Shown here piece after piece: positions 23,001 to 32,115 of a stretch of 32,115 nucleotides of DNA. The DNA is from Octopus bimaculoides (taxonomy: Eukaryota), in NCBI RefSeq assembly GCF_001194135.2, contig NC_068998.1, forward strand, positions 24,822,251-24,854,365, read 5' to 3'. Numbering within the stretch: position 1 is the first letter of the stretch; each line of letters opens with the position of its first letter. The notes beneath the pieces are model-generated. The model searched no databases and had not been told where the DNA came from. It saw only the letters and a list, made by a program, of their open reading frames with translations. Made by a program: the position numbers and the translations under genes.

Positions 23001-25377
23001 ATCATTTTTTCCTCAAAGATGTCTCCTCATAGGTTCTCTCTATCCGGTAGCTCTACCTGAAAGCATTAGTGTTCAAATTTGTCTCTTACATCAAAAGCAT
23101 ACCAGTTTAAATATCACATTTTCCTTTCACAAATGACAGGCTATCATAACGCCTTTCTGCTTAAACAATTGTGTACTATTTCTATCGGTAGAGTGGTGAG
23201 ATACTTAAATTCGCATGATAATAATATGATTTAAGCTAAGCTTATTGCTATTTCTTTCAGCTAGAACAACTGGGTAGGGTGGGTTCCTCTTAGACCTGCC
23301 TTACATTTTCTTGTTCTTACTATTATTGCTGTTGATTTTGTTGTTCCACAGATCATCTCTAATTGAGCTAAGCCACTGTCAAAGGTAACCAAGCATTGAA
23401 AGTCCTGCCCTTTTAGAGTCATCCAGAGTCTTATCTAAAGAACCCTATTCTTTTTAAGTAGGTTCCGTTTAATTCGGGAGAAATTTGTCTATGACATCAT
23501 GCGCCCACTTAGGAGTTCCATATTTGATAAAAGAATTTATACTGTACAAAGGCAAATAATGTTGTTTATCTTCCACAATGGAAAACTATATTGTCGCAAT
23601 GAATACTTATAATTAATCCCTACGGCCACTGTGTGTATCTTATATTTCTCCTAGTTGTATGCATTATGGCCATTGACAACTGTTCAAGTCAACATAACAC
23701 AGAATGTTTCAATAGACATTTCAGTACAAATATTATTTAACGTGAATTCTTTTTCATCTCCAGTAGCGTGTCTTAAGAATGATTCACAACGGCTTCTTTA
23801 AGAAGTATGCTGTGTTAGAAATGGATATTTCACCAATGCTGTAGTTTAACTGACATCAAAATATCTATCAACATATTCCCCAGCAAAGTAAGCCATATTC
23901 TGAACATGATTAATCTGTCTAGTATCACTTATGCGTCTAGTCATACATTTTCTAGATTACTGACATAACTATTAATATGAGAAAATGAATACGTCTGAAG
24001 TTAAGTTAAAAATAACACGATAAATTATTTTAATTCTATCTTGACACCTCCGATAATTTTATAGAAGTGAAGTTTATTTTTGACGAGCTTGGAAGTATTT
24101 CAACTGCTGATTTAGAAAAGTAGATAAATTTGGTTGACAAAAGTATGTAGTTGATTACAAACTATCTTTCTTCCAAATTGAAATGGCATTCACATTGCCA
24201 CTTTAAGTACATCTTTCTAACTTCCTGTTGCTGTCCCTGAATATGTGACTGAATTACTGTAGTGATCATCCAACTAATTCTCTTAAATCTCTCTCCGAGG
24301 AACATAATGTTTTTGAGATTGAAATAAATAAAAAGCATAATCGTGGAATTTAATATTTCCCGTATGAATGACGGTTCCGCTTGTTCAATTAATGGAGTAG
24401 TTAACAAGCTGATATTGTGTTGTTATTTTTAGTTCTTGCTAGCGCTGTTGTTGAAGCATAACTGAGGTTCAGCTCTGCTCACGCAGATGGGTGATAGATG
24501 CTTTCAAGCCAAGATCATGCCATCTTATTTATCGAAATTCTACATTGAGCTACACTAGGAAATCTATCCTTCGTCTAGGAAGATGGTAGACGGTGTGATT
24601 TGAGAGAAAAGTTTTGCATTAATTCTACGGTAATATCTACAGGGTTCATAGCAAAACATAGCTGTTTGTTTTAAAACCAAGTTGGGTTTTGAGGCAAAAC
24701 AAACATGAGGAATGACCTTGTATGAACACCCTTAAGGATAAAACTGATGGCATTAACGTACCGCATAAAATGCTGCTCATCAAAGATTGCAAGAAAATAT
24801 CTTGCAGAGTGGGAATTTCGAAGAGAAGAGGTTTTGGTGATACATAAATGAAAATACTTAATTGATAGGAGTTCTAGTGCTGGACTCAACATAAACGTTG
24901 AGAGAAAAAGATACGTATGTGCCTTTCAGTAAATGGTATTAAAACATGTGTAGACGTCACTGTATAATGGACAGAGAAGGCTGACTGAAAAGCCACTATA
25001 TGAGTGTTTTAGTTAAGATATCTAGTCGTTCTCCATTCACAAAATTTTAACTTACACAATGTGTGTGTGTGTGTGTGTGCGTATATGTATGTATATATAT
25101 ATATATATATATGTATACACACACATAGATATACGTATATATTCAAATTGAGGGACCGGAGTAGGTAAAATCGAGGTCACTTATATTTCCTAGCTAGCAG
25201 ATTCTCAGAAGTAATAATTACTCAACGAGGGTACTCAACCAGCCACTCACCAGGCGGAAGATGCCTTAGTTAAATGAAGGTTACATTGTCGTTAATGAAC
25301 CTCGAAGCTTAGTAACATCTTTCTCTTAGATCCTTGGATCTTACAATTACATATCATTATATACATACATACATGCA

Positions 25378-25378
25378 T

Positions 25379-25425
<47 letters not shown>
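25378..25425. repeat. (GATA)n microsatellite
   Basis: Tandem GATA run. Confidence 0.95.
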
Positions 25426-26639
25426 TATTTACACATACATATAATCATGTGTACATATACACAACCATCGCCCACAAGTGTGTATGTATATATGTATACA
25501 GGGATATATATGCATGTGTGTGTATGTGTCTGTATGTGTGCGTGTGTGTGCTTATATACGTGTGTGTGTGTTTTTGTGTGAGTGTATGTGTACGTACGTA
25601 TATGTGCTTATATGTGTAGGTATTTATATATTGCAGCAAGTTTCAGTAATAGTCAGTAACCTATGACAGTTATGTCAAGTCATCTAGACGTTTGAGGCCA
25701 TTTCGATCTGTTTTGATTAATTGTCTTAAGCTCTAATAAGTAAATACATTTAAACAAAACGGTTTCCTTAGAAAGACGGCGTTGATCGTCTCAAACGCCC
25801 ATGAAAAGTAAATGGATGAAAATTTACTCCACGGAAGATATTGACTCAGTGTATGTGCGTAAATAGAAAGTCACTTTGAGAGAACGTCCATCTCACCAAA
25901 TTATAGTTGTGATCAAAATTTGCGTGCATAAATAAATAAGAAACGAAGTGAAAGTAGTTCAAATAAAAGATGAATTTAAGATGATAGAGAGAAACAGTTC
26001 ACTAGGAAGATAAAATACTCATTTAGTGCAAACATATTTTAATTAATTCATTTTAAACGAAGTTAATGACATTTAAATGCATATCGAAATCATTCACACA
26101 CTAACGATTGGGCTATATGCTATACGCACGTTTATTTACGCATATGTATGCTGCAGTATATATGAATATAAGTCCTCATGTATGCATTTTGTGTATGTGA
26201 AAAATACTGAATAAGGTTGAAAACGCGTTAAATTTTTTTATAAATATACATCTTTTATTTAATTAATACGTGTTTAAATTTTAACACGACAGAATAGTTT
26301 TATGCTATGTATTAATATATATGAAAATAAAAATATAAAAATACGTTTTAACATAATAAATGTTTCCATAGTATAGCTTATCTGAAAGTGTATTGATGTA
26401 CGTATTCATACTTTAAGTTTAACATATATAACACAAGTAGAAAGAAAGAAGAAAAGGTTATATCTAATTTACCAGGATCCGGTTTACACTAATGTTCAGC
26501 GTATTAAAGTTTTGAGTAAATTTTCCATAAGTGAAAACCATCTATGGGTTAAATGAATTAGTAAGCACGTTGCTTATGACATTTCCAAACACACACACAC
26601 ACATACATACGCACGTATACAAAAGCACATATATATTCA

Positions 26640-26671
<32 letters not shown>

Positions 26672-26758
26672 NNNNNNNNNNNNNNNNNNNNNNNNNNNNN
26701 NNNNNNNNNNNNNNNNNNNNNNNNNNNNNNNNNNNNNNNNNNNNNNNNNNNNNNNNNN

Positions 26759-26781
26759 TAGATAGATAGATAGATAGATAT

Positions 26782-26836
<55 letters not shown>

Positions 26837-26840
26837 GATA
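26759..26840. repeat. (GATA)n microsatellite adjoining an assembly gap
   Basis: Tandem GATA run after N-gap 26672-26758. Confidence 0.95.
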
Positions 26841-28307
26841 TCACTGTTTACGGCGTAGAGAATATACCTCTAATTGTCACCCGACCTGTTAGATTTATTA
26901 ACCAATTTTCCATCAAATTAGACCTTGTCGTCTTAAGAAGGACGCACTATATATAGTACAGAGTTATGGGCAAGGCTTCTCTAAAATCTAGGCAGAGGAT
27001 TCCCTGAAAACTAGACACAGTTATGCCTAAGATATAGTGCATCATGCATCTGCATGGTCTGCAAGTAGTTGATTTTAAATCTCAAAAAAGAAAACGTTCT
27101 CCTACCTACAAGTATCATATATGATTGAGCATTCACATTCAAATGGTATTACACTTGCTATGCCTCCGTAATTACGTACGTGTTGTACATAGTGCACTGT
27201 GAGCAACGTCTTTCATTGACACAACACAAATCTAAGTCAATTACATTTGAATGGCAAGCATTAAAAATGATTTTCACTGATTGAATTCTGAAATAGGGTT
27301 CAAATTATTGGCGTTTAGAAAGATATTAATCTGTCTGACTCTCTTCCCAGCATATCATTTAAATTTAATATATTTTCATTTTATATTTTTTGCATTTGCA
27401 TTTCTTGTCAAGCATTGCTATTATCACAAACGAATGTTGTAATCATTAAGAGTGTAATCTCAATTAATTCGAAATTATTTTGGACTCACCAGATTAGATA
27501 TGTTACTCTACAATTAATTAGCTACTTTTATTTTTTATCAGCATACTTCATTAAAACGTCCAGTCGAATCTGAATACTATTTTGTATCATTCATTACCTA
27601 AACACTCAAATTTTAGGGCAGTAAGCGTTTGTTATTTCAATGAATCCATGTTATTTGAAATGGCGCACATATCAGAGTATAACCATAATTCTATGAACAG
27701 CTCTCTGGCGCATGTCTTACGCTGTTTCTGCCCGCGTCATTTATTTTCATACTCAGATAGGCAAGCAAATGAGATACATCTAGACGGGCAATAGACCAGC
27801 TTAAAATAGCAAATATAACGTCTTACAAAAGATCACATTGTAGCAGGTAGTCCTAGATGAACTGAGTCTAAGAATAAGCGATGATCTTAAACAGGCAAAT
27901 GTTCAAAGATATTCTGAGTTCGTCAGACATACAACTAAGCACAACCAACAAAAGCATATAAATATATGTACAGTATGCGCATGTCAGTATTTGTATGACA
28001 AAATGCGTTACGGTGAGTTAAGAACAGTAATTACTTGCCAAATGCAAGTATTTTAGATCTGGAAATAGTATCGGTAATCCATAGATTAATTGCTGCGTTT
28101 ATTCATGTTGAGTGTATGAACGAACAGCAGCTACTGATACTACCAATAGCCATTTTTCTAAAGCTAGTTTCCACAAGAAACTGACAAAAATGGGACAGCT
28201 TAAATGCAATATGTCCAATATCGATGAGGTAAAAATTGGAAAAACAAAAATAATACTATTGTTGTTGTTATAAACGTTTTGGTTGAATTGCTTTTTAATG
28301 AGGAGAA

Positions 28308-28618
28308 GAGAGAGAGAGAGAGAGAGGAAGAAGATAGATAGGAAAGTGATAGAGAAGAAGAAGAGGAAGATAGAGAAGAGAAACAAAATAAGAAAGAAGA
28401 AGAAGAAGAAGATAGAGAAGAAGAAGAAGACGAAGAAGAAGACGAAGAAGAAGAAGAAGAAGAAGAAGAAGAAGAAGAAGAAGAAGAAGAAGAAGAAGAA
28501 GAAGAAGAAGACGAAGAAGAAGAAGAAGACGAAGAGGAGGAGAATGAGGAAGAGAAAGAAGAGAAAAAAGATGACAAAGAAGATAGGGATGAAGAAGAAG
28601 AAAAAGAAGAAAAAAATG
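28308..28618. repeat. (GA)n/(GAA)n compound polypurine tract
   Basis: Almost purely A/G on the + strand with GAC interruptions; source of the poly-K/S/L ORFs. Confidence 0.95.
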
Positions 28619-29444
28619 ATGCATTTTATGTACCTATAGCACTATACAGAGCTGTGATAGGAATTGCTAAACTATGATAATAAAAATAGCGTTTATTTTC
28701 CACTAACGTGTGCATTTAGTAAGTACAGAGTCATAAAATCTACATTAAACGACAGGAAACAGCAAGCAAACGGCTTTTACAAATATCTCGACCATTTTCT
28801 TTATCTGCATCATAAATTGATGGCATTAAGGTAAACAGAACAGTTGTCGGTGTGATGCACAGCACAAATATTGGCGTGAAAGTAACATGCTAGATCACGG
28901 ATAAACCCACTTTCATTAAGTGCAATATCCAAGCCTAACACATAAACTTCTAAGGAATGTTTACATGGACATTTATATAAGGAAGTATAATATATCAAGA
29001 AACATAAACGTTTATTTATTTTAAAGCTTCTTTCTATTTTAAATATATATTTAGTAAGCAAAATCTATTCTCATAATGTTATTCGAACATAAAACAGTTC
29101 ACGAGCAAAACAAAACCGATAAACCATGTAAGATATTTTTGTAGCCTCAAACCATTGAAATATAAATAGGATGCAACCTTTGAAATATAAATAGGATATC
29201 CCAGGAAAGTATTACACTTTATTTTGGAGCGGATAGATATGTAGAATCCATAGTATGTAGATTCCCCACTCTGAAACAAATCTCTGCAGCTGATTTGAAC
29301 TCTAAATGATCTTCATCATGCTAATACGTTCTCGGCACGATAATTACGATTCTGATAGCACATATATTATAATGACTTTCATTAATCATGGATGTAGAAA
29401 CATATCAAAAAGATACCTTACTTCTATCATTTATTGATTTCAGA

Positions 29445-29594
29445 TTTTGTCACAAGGCCAGCAGATTTGGTGGCGGGCTAATCTGATTTAATCGACCCAA
29501 GATGAAAGGAAAAGTCGACCCCACCAGAATCTGAACTCAGAAATGTCGCAAAGCATTTCGTCCGGCGTCCAAACGATTTTGTCAGCTCACCACC
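29445..29594 (-). mobile_element. tRNA-derived SINE (second family)
   Basis: GATGAAAGGAAAAGTCGACC..CAGAATCTGAACTCAGAA..AAGCATTTCGTCCGGCG..AACGATTTTGTCAGCTCACCACC is the reverse complement of the 10091-type head and body. Confidence 0.8.
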
Positions 29595-29762
29595 TTTCTA
29601 TTTTTTTAATCGTTTATTAAGTACAATTTGTGGAACCCCTTAAAAAATTGAGGTTAACAAATGTGTTGTCCTAGGCTTCTTGTGTGGATCCAAAAGTTGT
29701 TTAGGTCAGCATAGAGAATCATGAAGATCAGCAAGCAGTGGATGACTTTTCGAGTCATCTAT

Positions 29763-30430
29763 CAGTTGAGACCAAATATCATCTCTGAAGGGATTATTTT
29801 CTCTGCTATGGCGACATAGTTAATGAAATACCTTACATGTACTAAGTACCTTGATATATCAGAACAGAACTGAGGTATATCAGGCGTGGTTGGATGTATA
29901 GAGCATACATCACTGATTTCACAAGCAATCCAGAAGGCTAGAACAGAAAAGAAAGACCACGATATCGTGTGGTTCGATCTGGCAAATGCCAGTCCCTCAT
30001 AAGATAATTCAACTAGCTCTTGAGATGTATCAAGTAAATCTAATAAATAAATATTCAAACGATATTTTCTTTTGTTTCTCGATGGGATTATCCACAAAGG
30101 ATTTCACAATAGACTTGATTAATCTGGAAGTTGGTAGAGCAATGTGCTGCACCATTTCTCCGATATTGTTTGTGTTGGCATTGGAAGTCATCTTGAAGGC
30201 TGTCGTGAGTAGTCCGTCTCCGGCAGAGTTAGGAAATAGATATTGAATGGTGCTTCTTGGAGTCTTTATAGATGAAATTACAGTGCTGTCCAGACAATAG
30301 TACAGTGCTTCACCATAGAAAAGCACGGAGAATACTGAAGCAGTTTGATAAGTTTGACAAGTTTGACACCTCATCTAGAATGAGTTTCAAGTCTAAAGAG
30401 TCACAGAGCCTCTCCTTGCTGAAGAGAAAA
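29763..30430 (+). mobile_element. HERO-like (RLE clade) non-LTR reverse transcriptase fragment, decayed
   Basis: QLRP...EGIIFSAMAT*LMKYL...YLDISEQN*GISGVVGCIEHTSLISQAIQKARTEKKDHDIVWFDLANA(fs)VPHKIIQLAL...LEVGRAMCCTISPILFVLALEV...VFIDEIT...SRMSFKSKESQSLSLLK; WLDLANAYGS.PH, G...GCTIS, FMDD-like and FKP.KSRSL-like motifs. Clade call from motif memory. Confidence 0.8.
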
Positions 30431-30869
30431 AGTAGCAGATGCGATGTCATTCATTGTAGTCAACGAACCCATTAAATAGGAAATGAAGTCAAGCAAACGG
30501 CTAGACAACGTTTTCTTATGACAGTTGAAATCTTCGGAAGACGTCCATATAAGATCATGTTCGTTGTGTGTGACTGCCAATAGATGTAAGGGCAGAGACG
30601 GGTGTAGCTACCATTTGTTTTCTTTCTCACTGCAGATGTAAGGATTCATGATTCTGAGCCCTAAAGAAGGATTGATTTGATTCGATAGTAACATTAAAAA
30701 CCCTTATTTTGGTGGATTGCATGTGCGTATACGCAAGTAAATATGTGTCCCGTATTGGACGCCACATTTGGTTGGCAATTATATGTTACGATTCCGTATT
30801 GCTACTGTTTATATCTCGACCAGAGATTTAATATAGCTTATTTCTCCTGTTTCGAAATCAGCGACGGTT

Positions 30870-32082
30870 TGTCACTGGAAAAAGCATATAGTATTTTCCG
30901 AGTGGAGTGAGTTTTCATCACTAGCGTAGTCCGCGCTTTGTTTTTGCGCTTGTGAATACAGTTGTCTTTGTAGGAGGTGACATCTATGATAGTACAGCTT
31001 CGCTAAGGAAAGCGGTCCTGTGCTTGTGTTTCGCAGGTGTCGGGGTTGATCTGAAATATTTTCAAAGAGGCTTGAGTTTGTCCTAGAAGGGCTTTTTCTG
31101 TCCACATTGTGTCCGTTTGCATTCCACAGGTTCGCTATAAAACGGACTCTTGGGGAGCTGTGTGTCAGGCATTCGAACAAGGTGGCCTCCCCACCTGAGT
31201 TGCGCTCACCTCAGCAGTATGTAAATACTTGGAGGATCTTCTCTAGAAAGGCCTCCATGTCTGGAACCGTCTCTTGCCACGTGATTTTCAGGAATCTCAA
31301 GCAGTTCATGAAGAAGCGGTTTAGGTTTTTAGCGTGTTGTTTATAAACCGACTAAATTTCGCAGGCTTACAGTAGCGTAGGAAGTACAGCTGTCTACTTA
31401 GTACAAATTCATGTTAGCGGCCAGTCTTATGTTTCTCCTCTCCCACACTGATTCACGTAGCCGCTCGTATGCTGAGCTCGCCTTGGCGAATCGTGTGTCG
31501 ACTTTCTAATTAATGTTCATAGATCAGGAGAGTGTACTCTCGAAGTACGTGACCTTATTAACAACCTTCAAGGTTTGCCCTTCGACATTGTTGTAGACAG
31601 TGGAAAAGCAGTGCATGCTCTGCTGCATCTGGGCCACTGTGGCGGCGTTGACGGCGCAGTCATCTGCGGACAGAAAGTCGTACACTGAGTCTTCTTTCAC
31701 CTTCGTCTTGGCCCTCTAGCCTCCGCAGAATGAAGAGTCCACCATCAGTCCTAGATTTAATCTTAATTCTGGTTTTGCCATTGTTGAAGAAGGCATCCAT
31801 ACGGCATGGCTTAGAACATCATACTGAAAATGTGTAGGTGCGAGTACACAGCCCTGCTTAACTCCGTTAGTGAGTGGGGAGGTATCGGATGAATCTCCAT
31901 TGACCAGTACTCGAGGAAGCATGCCACCGTGAAAGTGTCATATAATACTGATGAATTTGTCCGGGCAGCCGAACCGTCCCATGATCTGCCAAATCCCCTA
32001 ACCACGGACGGTGTCACAAGCTTGGTTATGCCTACAGACGTCGTGTATAGGTTCTTGTTTTGTTCCGGACACTTCTCCAGAG

Positions 32083-32083
<1 letters not shown>
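30870..32083 (-). mobile_element. RTE-clade LINE, RT through 3' end, 5'-truncated and decayed
   Basis: LEKCPEQNKNLYT...TK(AF)DTV...IWQIMGRFGCPDKFISII*HFHGGMLPRVLVNGD...TNGVKQGCVLAPT...LSADDCAVNA...KVDTRFAKASSAYERLRESVW...ITWQETVPD...QAQDR; EKC.EQN, FGCP.KF, GVKQGCVLAP and FADDC are RTE motifs. Abuts (TA)n at 32084. Confidence 0.92.

Positions 32084-32115
<32 letters not shown>
32084..32115. repeat. (TA)n microsatellite at the window end; similar (TA)n/(CA)n tracts at 1-38, ~6020-6094, ~9405-9437, ~14540-14600 and beside most N-gaps
   Basis: Direct reading. Confidence 0.95.

Noticed and set aside
24382-24402. About 21-nt match to 5401-5422 (TTGTTCAATTAA(A)TGGAGTAG)
   Set aside because: Too short to call a further copy of the 3437-3665 family without alignment support.
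31946-31975. CTGATGA...GAACCGTC
   Set aside because: Lies inside the antisense of RTE coding sequence (KFIS codons); has GAAC rather than GAAA and no helices.

Overview
AT-rich animal genomic DNA from a gapped draft assembly, with 8 N-gaps nearly all flanked by microsatellites. The SINE families resemble those I recall from Octopus genomes; this is recognition from memory, not a database check. No prokaryotic features (operons, CRISPR, rRNA, tRNA genes) and no long intact ORF are present; almost all ORF-track entries are microsatellite or gap artefacts. Identifiable content is decayed mobile DNA: three R4/Dong-like RLE non-LTR fragments, a HERO-like RT, an RTE LINE, a mariner transposase fragment, two Penelope-like (PLE) GIY-YIG fragments and tRNA-derived SINEs. 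The most interesting signal not shown by the ORF track is a set of minimal type I hammerhead ribozyme (HHR) motifs with palindromic helix III, from at least three sequence families (3157-3220, 5521-5676, 14856-14895, 17259-17303). One sits directly downstream of a Neptune-like PLE endonuclease. PLE-associated HHRs are a known class, so these are at most new families or loci. Other leads are a near-perfect 73-nt hairpin at 7974-8046 and a candidate spliced small membrane-protein gene starting at 11541. I see no firm evidence for a wholly new biological system.
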